From the human T2T-CHM13v2.0 reference genome, Homo sapiens, in the NCBI RefSeq assembly GCF_009914755.1, contig NC_060928.1: a stretch of DNA of 64,000 nucleotides. One strand, given 5' to 3'. Within the stretch, counting starts at the first letter, position 1. Each line of letters starts with the position of its first letter. The notes beneath the pieces were generated by a model. The model was given only the letters and a program-made list of their open reading frames with translations. It ran no database searches and was not told the DNA's origin. Made by a program: the position numbers and the translations under genes. Below, in pieces: positions 31,373 to 45,018 of the stretch.

Positions 31373-33044
31373 CTTCTCCTTCTGGAGACAGTTGAATCTC
31401 CTTTGATCTAGATCTGGAGGGAGAGTTGGAGTTATATACTACTACTAAATTCTCATGTTTAGCAGGCATCAATTTAGTTTATTTTTCATACTAAGAATCC
31501 TTTCTTGCCACTACCTGATCCTCTGAAAAACTGGAGCACATTAAAACTATGTCCCCAGCATACATTTCTTTCTTCCAGGACCTCATAAAGGTACAAAATC
31601 CAAATGAATGTAGAAATATGAAAGAGTAATAGTACCCTTGGAGGAGAAGACAGATCTCCTTGTGTTTTGGGTCAACAAAGATCCTGGGTCACAGAATCAC
31701 AAGGTAACTAGAGGGAGAAGCACAAATGTCATGCTTTTCTTTATCCTGATGAATTGGCTTTATTTTTCATAGAAATTTTCTCAGAGATTTTAATGATAGC
31801 CTTAGTTTTAGGGTAAGGTGTAAGTTTTTCCACTGTAGTAAGAAGTTGGGGGAAGCTGAATAAGAAGATGCAAACAAAGCATTATTTCAAAGCATAACTC
31901 CAGCAATTATTGTGCACAATTTAAAATGACATTCTTAAAAAACCTTACCATGTCTAATCATGTATCATTCTAGTTTTTGTATCTTTTAATTATTAACAAG
32001 CTCAGACTTGCCTTTTACTAGGAAAGTGATACAGCAAAGTTGGCTCATATAGCCTCTTCACACAGACACTCTCCTCAGGCAGAACTTTGCTGTTGAGCTC
32101 AGATAAACCAAATCTATACTCAAGCAATGTGCAGGCTTCCTTCCTCCCACAAACATGAAGGTTGTACTGGAAAAGAGGCATTTCATTCTCACCTGTCTTC
32201 TTTCTTTATTTTTCTTTTGTTTTCCTCTACTGGAAACCTCAACTAAGTTCTATATCTATATAGCAATATCTGAAGTCATGCATAAAATATAACCACATAC
32301 CAATCCTACATCAACCTAATATTCTCCTTCCACAATCTGACTATTCCCTGTAACTTTCCTTAGTGTTAGCTAACAACTGGTATCATATTCTGTTCAGACT
32401 AACCCTCTGTAATGTCATCAATTTACATCCCAGGAGGATGAATTTGGAGCTATGCATTAAATATTTCATCAGGGTATGTGAAGTGTGATCTGTTGGATTT
32501 AAAGGTGAACAATCATCTCAGCTATCACACTCTAATATGAAATGTCTGTATTTTAGTTTCAAAAGACCATCAGGGAAAATATTATGCACAAAAATAATTT
32601 AAACAACATCTGCTCCAGTCACTGTTATAATTATCTCAGAGGCAACTGAAAGGATAATCACTTTTGTCATGTGAGAATACAGTGTTCTGTTCTAACTGGG
32701 TTAAGTACATGCCATGGCAGAACACAGAGAAAAGGCATAATAGGAAAATATGAATAGAAGATAGTTCAGCTATGATCCTTACAGCCTTATTTCATGAAAA
32801 TTACAATTTAATCCACAGAGAAACTTTCTCTGACCAGTCATGATTATGTCAACTAAGCATTAGTCTTTGAGTCAATCCCCTGAGCTGCCATTCATTAAAG
32901 TCTTTCCGCTTTAATTTTCTCAACTCATAATAATACTCATCCCAAGAACATGGGCTCTGTAAGGTAGGTACCTGCCTTTTATCCTCTATTTTAGGCAAAG
33001 CACTTAGCTTACTAGAAGTACATACTTGACCCTTAATCAACAGT

Positions 33045-34150
33045 CATTGAATCACTCACGCATTCATTTAACAAACATTTAGTCTGATCTAGGCATGAGA
33101 GAAAGGTAGGTTATACATCATGAGGGCTATCACCACTTTAGTGAGAGAGAACAGGTCAAAGAAAGAAATATAAGGTAAGCAATTAGAATAGTCTCTTAAA
33201 ATGGAGTTATGTCCTAAATGCCATTAGAACACTGAGAAAGGAGCCATTAATTCTGCCCCAAAGAGTTAGAAAACATACACAAAGGATTTGTATTAGTCTG
33301 TTTTCATATCAATATAAAGATACTACCTGAGACTGGGTAATTTATAAACAAAAGATGTTTAATTGACTCAGTTCCACATGGCTGGGGAGGCCTCAGGAAA
33401 CTTACATTCATGGCAGAAGGTGAAGGGAAAACAATGCACGTTTTACATGGTGGCAGAAGAGAGAGAGAGTGAGGCCAAAACTGCCAAACACTTTTAAACC
33501 ATCAGGTCTCAGGAGAATTCACTCACTATCACGAGAACAGCATGGGGGAAACCACCCCAATAATCCAATCACCTCGTACTAGGACCATTTCTTGACATGT
33601 GGGGATTCCAATTCAAGGTGAGATTTCAGTGGAGACACAGAGCCAAACTGTATCAGAATATGACATAAACTTGATCCTAAAGAATAACTGAAATTTACCA
33701 GATGGAGAAGAATGAGAAGGATATAACAGACAGAAGAAACAACATACTCAATAACTCTGAATAATATAAGAGTTTCTAAGGCTCATACACTACCTGATGT
33801 GGATTTCACCAGGTAGTAATGTGGGGGAAGAATAACAGGAGAGCATTCAGGTGAGCCAACCCAAGACCAAATCATAAAGGGTTTTGTATCTCACATACAC
33901 ACTTTCATCTTATAGGTAATCGGAAGCCATAGAACACTTTTAACAAGATCAATATTGTAGGATTAACAGATGACTTTTACATTAAATGGTTTTGTTAGAA
34001 AGTAGCCAAAGAAGGAGACTAGTTAGAAAATTCTGGCATTAATTTGTCAATATATGATGGGATATGTGCTAAGGCAACAGTAGAAATAGAAAATATATAC
34101 AAATTTGAAAGATAATTAAAGGGGAGTATAGTTGGGGTTTAATGATTTTA
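33045..34150 (-). mobile_element. L2 fragments interrupted by a MaLR LTR
   Basis: TCACTCACGCATTCATTTAACAAACATTTA start; GGAAGCCATAGAACACTTTTAA and GGAGACTAGTTAG motifs. Confidence 0.6.
33289..33655 (-). mobile_element. THE1/MST MaLR solo LTR
   Basis: TGTATTAGTCTGTTTTCA...CCTGAGACTGGGTAATTTATA...CAGAGCCAAACTGTATCA. Confidence 0.9.
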
Positions 34151-34274
34151 GATTATTTTCAACTATGTGCCAGACACTATTCTAGACTCAGGATAAAACA
34201 GAGAAGAAAATTGACAAAATTGTCATTCCCTGATCTTGCAGAGCTCATAATCTAAAGGATAAAAAGATAAGGTG

Positions 34275-34683
34275 AGTTCTGTGAGATTCTCTTAGCTCCA
34301 TTCTTCAGGGCCTACTCATCCAAACCCAGCTTCTCAGAATATTGGCTGCTGAGGGCCTACTTCAGCAGGCCCTCACTGTGAATTGCCTTTATCCAAGGTT
34401 AAGGCTCATCCCAGGGAAGGTCTATAACCTATGTCTAGCTGATGAAAGCATGTAAGAGTCCAGCACTACCCCTTTAGTTCAATTTGGGACAATGCCAAAG
34501 TTTCAGAGCCACTATAAAATTGGCTGTGGCCTCCACTGCAACATTACACATCTATGTATCTCTTTACCCAATCCTACCTTTCTAACTCCCTTACATATGT
34601 ATCTCTCAGAAGCAATCACCAATAAACATCTGCACACAATCCTTCAGCTAAAAGTATATTTTCAGAGAACTCAGTTGAAGATA
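34275..34683 (+). mobile_element. LTR16-like 5' LTR
   Basis: ATTTGGGACAA...GGCTGTGGCCTCC...CCAATAAACATCTGCACACAATCC...CAGAGAAC, directly followed by a PBS-like tract. Confidence 0.7.
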
Positions 34684-36945
34684 GTCAGTGCCAGGAGTGG
34701 TCTTAGAAAGCAGACTCTTTAGGAAAATTGATCACTTGTCAGAACATGGCAGTGAGAATCCCATTGCTAGAAATAGATGGAGTATGGATAGTCCCTGGCC
34801 TACTGTAATGGTGCAATTAACAAAACTATCACCAGTGGTAATACGTGACAAGACACAGGTGGAAGGGGTCACACTAGCTGATGAAATTGGTACTTGAGAG
34901 GTATGAGAGACACACTCACTGTGAGGACAATGGGATAGGGTGACTTGCTGAACACCACTGATTCATTAGAGACAAATAAAGACAGGCTCAGTATGATTAA
35001 TCATCAATTCAAGACTTATTGTAAAAGTCAGGGTGCCTTGTAGGTTGCATTTAAAGTTCCTCACTTTCTAAAGCCAGAGGCAAAACAAAGCTGAAGACCA
35101 GGTGCTGGACTTAATCAAAGTGTTGCAGAGCTTCAGTGAAGGCAGGATCCTCAGCCCTTGTAGAATTTTTACTTCAAGGCCAGGACCCTATTCTGGAAAT
35201 AGTAAGATATTAAAACTTGGAAAATCTATGAGAGTGCAGTGGCAGATCCCCTGAACCCACTACGCCTGAAGTAGAGGCCACTCACCTCTCTTAGTAGATT
35301 GTAGCTCCTCCTTACTGAAGATTATAAAGAAGCTTCATATGAGGCAGGTGACATAATGCAGTGCTCCTTTTTCTCAGCATCTACCATCCTGGCTGAGAAT
35401 GAATGTCTAATTGTCAAACCCTGGCACAGATGTGCTATGCCTGATAAGGGAGGAAAGGAGCTACAGGAATTTGACTAATCTGCACTGCCAAGGGCTAGAT
35501 AGAATACATGGACTGGACCCTGCTGGGGATGGGGCAATACTAGATCCCAAGGGTACTTGATACTGTATGTGGACCTGGCTCCCAGGGGTGCCTGTTAATG
35601 CACAAGGAACTGGTCCCTGAGTGCTCTGGATACTGACGGGAGAGTTTATCTGGAAGAGCACATTCTCATGGTAGAGAATTTAACACTCTGGTGAAGACCT
35701 CAAGAGAAAGTGCAAATGTGCTGCAAAAGTGACACTTAGAAGCTTGGAAAAAGTGACGGACACAGCTAATGGAGTAGAAATGTGAGAACTACTATGGTGA
35801 CAGTTCATGGAGCAAAGGCTCCCACGGCTCAGAAAAATGGTCATGCTAAATTAGAAAACCCAGCAGATACTTATGTTCCTTTGAAGGACCTGGAGGACAT
35901 GCCATGTAACAAAATAGACAAAGAACATGCTGGTGAAAGGGGCACCAGCCTCACTGAGAAGTTGACTGTGGTTGTTATTAATAGGCCAGCACTCATGGTA
36001 GGAGATGCTATCACAGGACTGGGCTACTTCATAGCAATGAGGGTGATGGGACCCTGAATAATGGAAGCTACATGGTATCACTGAACAGTCAGTAAACAAG
36101 GTAAGTCAATTATCACAATTAACAGCAAAGTCAGAGTGGTAATCAGGGACCCTGATACACAAATAACTTTTGGGATGGTTTATAGAATATTGGTCCTAGA
36201 GGCAAGATTAGGAATTCAACAAAAAAAATTTGCTTGAGTTATACCGTCAAAAAAATCCAGAGTTGATGATTATGAGACTAAAGGTAATTACCCTAGTAAA
36301 GAGTTATGATCCCTTGCCCGGCTTTTAGATATGGCCAGTTCTCAGAGAAATCCTGAACTCACTGACCAAGGGAAACATTAGTTCCCTATGATAAAAGAAC
36401 ACTGCAGCAAGACCACAACAAGCATAAGAAGTGTTAATTCCCCCAATTTTTTTTTTTTTTTTACCACCAAACGGTCCTACAGCTATTTATTCAGCAAACC
36501 ATATGCTAGGAAAAGTAAAATACCTGGACCTTTCAGGGACTTTTGAACAGAGGCTAAATCAACACTGATGTCTGGAGATGCAAAATGCTACCAGAGCTCT
36601 CTTTTAGAGTAGGGGACAAATGGAGGTTAGTGGTAAATGGAGTTCTAAGCAGTAGTTAATGAGTTGTTCAGTGTGTCCACAGGATCCATGGACAACATCT
36701 GATGATCATAACTTGGGTTCCTATGTATACTGGTATGCTTTCTTATTAGCAGAACTATAACATTGGTTCACAGGTCTGTGGTATGAGAGTTATTTCAATA
36801 GTGAAATAACTCAAAAGTGAAAGCCTCTGTATCCCTCCCCCAGGAAAGAGAGTAAATTTAAAAACTACTAGTTTGTATGTGGGGAATGGCGAAGCTTAAT
36901 GGCACTCTCAAAACCTTGAATGCAGGAGTACTGGTCAATATGGAA
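34684..36945 (+). mobile_element. HERV16/ERVL internal relic (PBS, gag, protease), 3'-truncated
   Basis: PBS-like GTGCCAGGAGTGG (tRNA-Leu type); ORF 35782-36057 (YVPLKDLEDMP...LMVGDAITGLG) resembles ERVL gag; TTTCAGGGACTTTTGAACAGAGGC at ~36531 is a decayed FQGLLDTG protease motif. Confidence 0.75.
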
Positions 36946-38493
36946 GCTATAGAAGTAATTTCAAAGAAAACATGGGAATAAAGGACTGACTGAGTGGGTT
37001 CAAGCAAGAGATTTGCTATGACAGCAAGCAGAAAAGTGGCTTTGAATGTGGATTGTAAGGGAAAGAAAAGAAAAAGATCAAAGTCACTAGCTTGTTTGAT
37101 TAAATGTGTGTTAGTATCATTAATCAAGATTAAAAATTGATATGGAAAGCCATTAGGCTTTCAAAATTTGAAAGGGGAAAATAATGGTTTATTTTGGAGC
37201 CTGTTTGGTTTGAATATAGAATTGCCTAAGCTGGGCAAACCAGAATCAGGGGCCGCAGATCTCAGAACAGGGCTGGAATCTCAAGAGCTAAGATGGTCAT
37301 AAGAGAGACTAGGACTTTCCCCTAGTAACCAGAGGGGTTCTGGGGATATCAGGTTTGATTTGCCATGAAAATGGGGCTGGCTTACTGTGCTAGGGAGCTA
37401 GGACTGAGAAAAATAGTCTCGATACCTTGGGACAAGCATATTTGGTGGGGGTAGAGGAAGAGTTCCAAAAGGGCCAACACAAAGGAGAAGAAATAGAGCA
37501 AACTGTGCTAGAGAGTAAGATAAGCTCAAGGTGAATGGGAAAGCAAAGCTGTGATAATTGCATTCCTGATATTGGCCCTTAGGAACGCTTCTGGGTAGAC
37601 CACAGGAAGGATGGAATGCTCATAAAGGCAGAGACTTGGGAAAATACAATCATTTCATGGTATACAATCAAATATTATTATCTTCATCTCCTAACAGCTT
37701 TTTATTCTGCTATTCTTATTAATTTTGGTCTGTTAGAAACCCAACTCCAAAAGCCCTTAGTTTTTTTCATCAGTTTGGTAAACACCTACCTTTTTCTTGG
37801 GGTATGTACGAGATTGGGGTCAGGCCTAGGAGCAGAGATAAAACAGGATCCAAAACCATAGCTGTCGTGGCGATTGCCTCTCACCCATGGTGTCTGGGGC
37901 TAACAGGGAATTTAGAATCTGAGCAGATCTATGGACTATAATGAGTTCCATATTGTATATAATGAGTTTAAATACCTGGCCAAGTGGAAGTATAGGTTTA
38001 AAACTCAAGATGTTTTCAACAGAAGTAAAAATTACTAGTACCTGAATATTTTGTATTTTGCTCCTCCTCCCTTCAAATGGGGAATCATTTTTTTCACACT
38101 TGCCCAGATTCTCCTTTCCATACAGGAGTTGGTAATGAGTGAAGCCCAGAGAACACCACAAAAAATGAGGAAGTGAAGTTAATGTACATCATAATGAGCT
38201 TGAAGTTTAAAACAGAAAAATAAGGTGGGCTAAATGCTGAGAAATGGTTTTGAGAATTTGGAGTCCAAAATGGAAAATGGAATGTTTCAGGGAGAAACTG
38301 CTGTCTGCTTCAGGATCCTCAAAGTAGCAAAAGTAGAGGCAACATTTTAATTGTGTATGGAGAATGTTCTCATTTTATGTACTTCATTGAGAGGCTATTT
38401 AAAGACAGAAGAACTTTAATTACTTTAGGGCTAGTGGCTGTTGTTTTTTAAATTGCAACATCTTTACTAAACAGGTCTATATAGTCTTTATTT

Positions 38494-41400
38494 TTATTAT
38501 TTTTTAAATTTTTGTGGGTACATAGTAGGTGTATATATTTGTGTGTTACATGAGATATTTTGATACAGACGTGCAATGCATAATAATCACATCAGGCTAA
38601 ACGGGGCATCCATCACCTCAAGCATTTATCCTTTGTGTTACAAACAATTCAACTATACACTTTTAGTTATTTTTAAATGTACAATTACATTATTTTTTTA
38701 CTTTAGTCACTGTTGTTCTAGCAAATTCTAAGTCTTATTCATTCATTTAATGTTTTGCTACCCATTAACCATTCTCTATTCCCACCCAATCGTCACCCAC
38801 CAAATACCCTTCCCAGCCTCTGGTAATCATTCTTCTATTCTACAACTCTATGAGTTAATTGTTTTAATTTTTAGCTTCCGTAGATAAGTCAGAACGTGTG
38901 CTATTTTTCTTTCTGTGCCTAGATTATTTCCCTTAACATAATGACTTCCATTTCCATCCATGTTGTTGCATATAACAGCATCTCATTTTTTTTACAGCTG
39001 AATAAAACTCAATTGAGAGAATTTACCCCATTTTCTTTATACATTCATCCATAGGTTGCTTCCAAATCATAGCTATTGTGAATAGGCTGCAATAAACATG
39101 GAAGTGCAGATATCTCTTTGAGATACTGATTTCCTTTCTTGTGGGTATATACCTATCAGTGAGATTGTTGGGTCTTATAGTAGCTATATTTTTAATTTAT
39201 TGAGGAACCTCCAAACTGTTCTCCATAGTGGTCATAGTCATCTACATTCCCATCAACAGTGTACAAGGATTCCCTTTTCTCCATATCTTTGGCAGCATTT
39301 GTTATTGCCTGATTTTTTGATAAAAGCCATTTTAACTGGGGTGATATCTCATTTTAGTTTTGATATTCATCTCTCTGATGATCAATGATGTTGCGCACAT
39401 TTTCATGCACCTGTTTGCCACTTTTATGTCATCTTTTGAGAAATGTCTGTTTAAATCTTTTGCCCATTTTTCATTGAATTATTAACTTTTTTCCTATAGA
39501 GTTGTTGCTTATATATTCTGTTTATAAATCCTTTGTCAGATAGTTTTCAAATATTTTCTGCCATTCTGTGAGTTGTCCCTTCACTTTGTTGATTTCTTCC
39601 TTTGCTGAGCAGAAACTTTTAACTTGATTTGATCCTATTTACCAATGTTTTCTTTGGTTGGTTCCCTGTGTTTATAGGGTATTACTGAAGAAAATGTTGC
39701 CTAGTCCAATGTTTTGAAGATTTTCCCCAGTGTTTTCTTTTAGTGGTTTCATCATTTGAAGTCTTAGATTTAAGTTTTTAATCCATTTTGATTTTTGTGT
39801 ATGATGAGAGACAGGGGTCTAGTTTCATTATTTTGCATATAAATATCCAGTTTTCCTAGAACCATTTATTGCAGAGACTGTCATTTCCACAGTGTACGTT
39901 CTTGGAATTTTTGTCAAAAATGAGTTCACTGTAGATGTATGGGTTTGTCTCTGGGTTCTCTATTCTGCTCCATTGATCTATTCTGTTTTTATGCCAGCAC
40001 CATGCCATTCTGGTTATTACAGCTCTGTACTATAATTTAAAGTCAGGTAGTGTGATTCTTCCAGTTTTGTTCTTTTTGCTTAGGATAGCTTTGTCTATTT
40101 TGAGGTCTTTTGTCGTTCTATATCAGTTTTAGGATTTTTTTTCTACTTCTGTGAAAAATGTAATTGGTATTTTGATAGGGATTGCATTGAATCTGTAAAT
40201 TGCTTTGGGTAGTATGAACATTTTAACAATATTGACTTTTCCAATGCATGAACATGGAATGTCTTTCCACTTTTTTTGTGTCCTCTTTAATTTCTTTCAT
40301 TAATGTTTTATAGTTTTCATTGTAGAGATTTTTCACTTCTTTGGTTAATTCCTAGGTATTTTATTTGTAGTTATTGTAAGTGGGATTACTTTCTTGATTT
40401 TTTCAGATTTGTTCACTGTTAACATATAGAAATGTTACTGATTTTTATATATTGATTTTTGTATCCTGCAACTTTACTGAATTTTTTTATCAGTTCTAAT
40501 TGTTTTTTGGTTAGGTCATCAGGTTTTTCCAAATATAAGATCACATTATCAGCAAAGATAATTTGACCTCTTTCTTTACAATTTGGATGTTCTTAATTTC
40601 TTTCTCTTGTCTGATTGCTCTACCTAGGACTTCCAGCACTATGTTGAATAACAGCGTTGAAAGTAGGCATCCTTTTCATGTTCCAGATCTTAGATAAAAA
40701 AGGCTTTACAATTTTTCCTATTCAGTATGATACTACCTATGGGTCTGTCTGTCATATATAGCTTTTTTTATGTTGAGATATAATCTATCCCCAGTTTTTT
40801 GAGGGTTTTTATCATGAAGGGATGTGGAATTTTATCAAATGCTTTTTGGCATCAATTAAAAAGATCATATCGTTTTTGTCCTTCATACCATTGATATGAT
40901 GTATACATTAATTGATTTGCATATATTGAACCATCCTTGCATCCCTGGAATAAATTCCATTTGGTCATGATGACTGATCTTTTAAATGTGTTGTTGAATT
41001 CTGTTTGCTAGTATTTTGTTGAGGATTTTTGCATCTATATTCATCAGTGATATTGGCCTATAGTTTTCTGTTTATTGCTGTGCCTTTGTCTGGTTTTGGT
41101 ATCCAGGTAATACTGGCCTCATATAATGATTTTCCCCCTCCTCTATTTTTCAGAATGGTTTGAATAGGATTGGTATTAGTTCTCTCAATGTTTGGTAGAA
41201 TTCAGCAGTGAAGCACTCAGGTCCTGGGCTTTTCTGTGATAGAAGACTTTTCATTACAGCTTTGAGCTGACTACTTTTTATTAGTCTGTACAGGTTTTGG
41301 ATTTCTTCATGTTTCAATATGGGTAGGTTGTGTTTGTCTAGGAATTTCTCCATTTTTTCTAGATGTTCTAATTTATTGGCATTTAGTTGCTCATAGTAGC

Positions 41401-42984
41401 CACTAATAATCGTTTGAATTTCTGTAGTACCAGTTGTAATGTCTCCATGTTCATCTCTGATTTTGTCTAGATGAGTCTTCCCTCTTTTTTTCTTAGTCCA
41501 TCTACAGGTTTGTCAATTTTGTTTATCTTTCTGAAAAACAAACTTCATTTTATTGATCTTTTGTATTGTTTTATTCATGTCAAATTAAGTTATCTCTGCT
41601 CTGATATTTATTATTTATTTTCTTCTACTATATTTGAGTTTGGTTTGCTCTTGCTTTTCTAGCTATTTAAGATGCATTGTTAGGTTGTTCATTTGAAGTT
41701 TTTCTTCTTTTTTGATGTAGGTACTTATAGCTGTAAATTTCCCTCTTAGTCCTTTTTTTGCTGTATTCCACAGGTTTTGATATGCTGTGTTTCCATTATC
41801 ATTTGTTTCAATAAATTTATTCAATTCTTTCTTTATTTTTTCATTGACCTACTGGTTATTCAGGAGCATATGGTTTAACTTCCATGTGTTGGTATAGTTT
41901 CCAAAATTCCTCTTGTTATTGATTTCTAGTTTTATTCCATTGTGGTCAGAGAAGATGCTTCATATTATTTCACTATTTTTAAATGTTTGAAGACTTGTTT
42001 TGTGACTTAACACATGATTTATCCTTGACAATGATCCATGTGCTGAGGAAAAGAATTTGTAACCTGCAGCCATTGGATGAAATGTTCAAATGTTCAATAA
42101 GTATCTGTTAGGTCCATTTGGTCTATATTGCAGATTAAGTCTGTTGTTTCTTTGTTGATTTTCTGTCTGGGAGATCTGTCCAATGCTGAAAGTAGGGTGT
42201 TGTAGTCTACAGCTAGTATTGTATTGGGCCCTATCTCTCTCTTTAGCTCTAATAATATTTGCTTTATATATCTGTGCTCCAGTGTTGCGTGCATATATAT
42301 TTACTATTATATCCTCTTGCTGAATTGACCCCTTTATCATTGTATACTAACTTACTTTATCTCTTCTTATAGTTTTTGTCTTAAAATCTATTTTGTCTGA
42401 TAGAAGTACAGTGACTCCTGCTCTTTTTTGATCTTCACTGCCATGGAATATCTTTTCCATCCCTTTGTTTTCAGTTTGTGTTTCTTTACAGATGAAGAGT
42501 TTCTCATAGGCAACAGATCATTGAGTCTTGTTTTTTTTTTTTAATCCATTCAGCCAGTCTATGTCTTTTGATTAGAGAGTTTAGTCCATTTACATTTACA
42601 TTCAATGTTATTATTGATAAGTAAGGACTTACTCCAGTCATTTTGTTTTTTGTTTTCTGGTGGTTTTGAAGTCTTCTCTTCCTTCTTTCCTTTCTTCCTG
42701 TCTTCCTTTTAGTGAAGATGCTTTTCTCTCGTGGTAGGATTTAATTTCTTGCTGTTTATTTTTTTGGGGATCAAATGTATTTTTTTTTATTTAGGTTACC
42801 ATGAAGCTTGCAAACACTATCACAACCCATTATTTTAAGCTGATAACAACTTAACACTGTTTACATAAACAAATAAAAAGAAAACTAATAAAAAGTCTAC
42901 ACCTTAACTTCATCCCCACACTTTTTAACATTTTGTTTCTATTTATGTCATATTGTACTCTCTATGTCTTGAAAGGTTGTTGTA
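38494..42984 (-). mobile_element. L1MA (L1MA2/3-like), 5'-truncated, ~4.5 kb
   Basis: 3' end TTTTTGTGGGTACATAGTAGGTGTATATATTT; ORF2 fragments 41150-41353 and 42086-42340; TSD GTCTATATAGTCTTTATTT / GTTTACATAGTCTTTATTT. Confidence 0.92.
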
Positions 42985-43249
42985 GTTTACATAGTCTTTA
43001 TTTCAAGATTGTTTGCATGACAACCTTGTACTAGGTGTTATTCATGTGATTTTACCATCCAATTTATATTCACGTTATCACCAAAGATTACTGCTTTTTG
43101 TTATGAAAAGGGATGGGAGAAATGGAACTGAACATAATCCATGATGATGAATTTGTGCCAGCTAAGTACAAATGAGATCACAATGCCCTAAACAAAAAAG
43201 TGGTTCCCAGCAGTTAGAAAACAGAAAACTAGCTGAGAAAATGAGTTGC

Positions 43250-43570
43250 CATAGCTACCACAGCAGTAGAGCAACATGCAATTTAAAGGACTCTTGTCTT
43301 AGCAGTCCTCACTAAATTCAACTCTTGAGTAAGAATATAATATTTTCATCAAGACAATATAATCTACATTGTTAAATTAATGATGCTAATTTTAAAATAT
43401 AGTATTTTTAAGGAGTTTATAATTTACAAATTTGTCTTTTTTAAGATATTGATTCACATCTGAACATGTTTAAGTGATGTTTTTATTAAAATAATTTATA
43501 TTAATATGGGAAGAGAAAGAATTTTGCTTCTAAAAGTGATCCTCATTTTATTAAGTTTGAGAAACAATTA
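43250..43570. mobile_element. Possible hAT-Charlie terminal fragment
   Basis: Ends AAAAGTGATCC...AAGTTTGAGAAACA, like Charlie-family termini. Confidence 0.35.
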
Positions 43571-44410
43571 GAATACAACTAGCTATAATGCAAGGAACGA
43601 TTAAAAAAAAAAAGTGCTCTCAGACAGGCATAGGCCACAGAGGGAAACTGGCAAAAAGCAGAAAAGATGCCAGAGCAGTTCTAGAGAGAAGTAAAATGTT
43701 TAGGAACTATCAGTCAAACCCACAGAAATTTTTCTCATAGCCAGCTTTTTAAATTTCAGATAATTATATCTCAGAGTTTTAATTTAATAATACCCATTTA
43801 GGTTTATAACATTTTTCATCATGTCACAAATTTATATGGCAGTTACAAATGATTTTGTGTTTTGTCTGAGCAACCACTGCATTAACTAAATGTGAGAAGC
43901 ATCTTGGTTCTCCTGGCAACTGTAGTTTAAAATAAGGTAGTCATATTCTAAACAATGTGCTGAAAAGTGACATAATAAGGTATTATAATGTTGTTATAAC
44001 AACTGGAACATTTTGACTTAAACATTATGGATCCATAATTTTAAATCATACCTAAGCAAAGAACACTGTATCAATAAGTAAGCCATCCTTATTCAGTTAT
44101 TTCTACTCATTCCTGAATGCCTTCCTTTAACTCTCAATTTATCACTTATCCCATGTGATTTTTTGAGTAATTACAATATTCAAATCTTTAGTCTGGAGGG
44201 AATTACAATAGGATTTTGTCCCTTTTCATCCTGACTCTTGTCTTGTCACTATGGCTTCTCCTATTCAAACTAAGCTCCAGCCAAATTGAAATTTTTCCAT
44301 ACTTCGAGCAGGGCATAATCTTTCTAATGTTAAACATCTCTCTCAAATGTTCACACCATGAGTCCAACCAATTCAGCATCTTTTCCCCCAGACATCTTCC
44401 CACTTAGATA

Positions 44411-44593
44411 AAGATGCCAGATTCAGCTAATAAAAATACAAGACATCCAGTTAAATTTGAGTAACAGATAAGCCTTTTTACCATAAATATAGTTTATATA
44501 TTGCGAAGGACATACTTCTTATACTAAAAATTATTTGTTGTTTATCTGAAATTCAGATTTTACTAGATGTCTATATTGCACCTGAAAATCCTG
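44411..44593. mobile_element. MER53 palindromic MITE
   Basis: TGCCAGATTCAGCTAATAAAAATACAAGACATCCAGTTAAATTTGA...TATACTAAAAATTATTTGTTGTTTATCTGAAATTCA. Confidence 0.85.
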
Positions 44594-45018
44594 AGGCTGG
44601 AAGGACTCTCGATGCTACAGTTTTTCATTTCTCTTAATGCATATCCTCTCCCACTGGCATGGCTAAAAAAAGTGAGGCTTCTATATAGAAAAGTGAGAAA
44701 ATGGCAACTTTTGGTGTGGCATCAATGTCTTTCTCCTTGCTGATACCCTGGCCCACTTTCCAAACTAATTTTACAGCCTACACGTCCATGTTAGTTAATA
44801 CAGTTTCTTTTTCTAGATCCCTAACCTTCTAACCCACTCTCAGACTGTGTTGCATGAGAACCAACTTTTGAAAAGTCTGCAGCCCTATATTATCTCATCT
44901 GAGTAGCCCAGAAAATCTCAGTTTCAGAAACTAGATTAAAGTGACCCTAGGTTGCTTGCACACCTGAAAGCTGCAGAGGCAAATGAAAATCCTCTTTAAT
45001 AAAAGAGAACACAATCTT

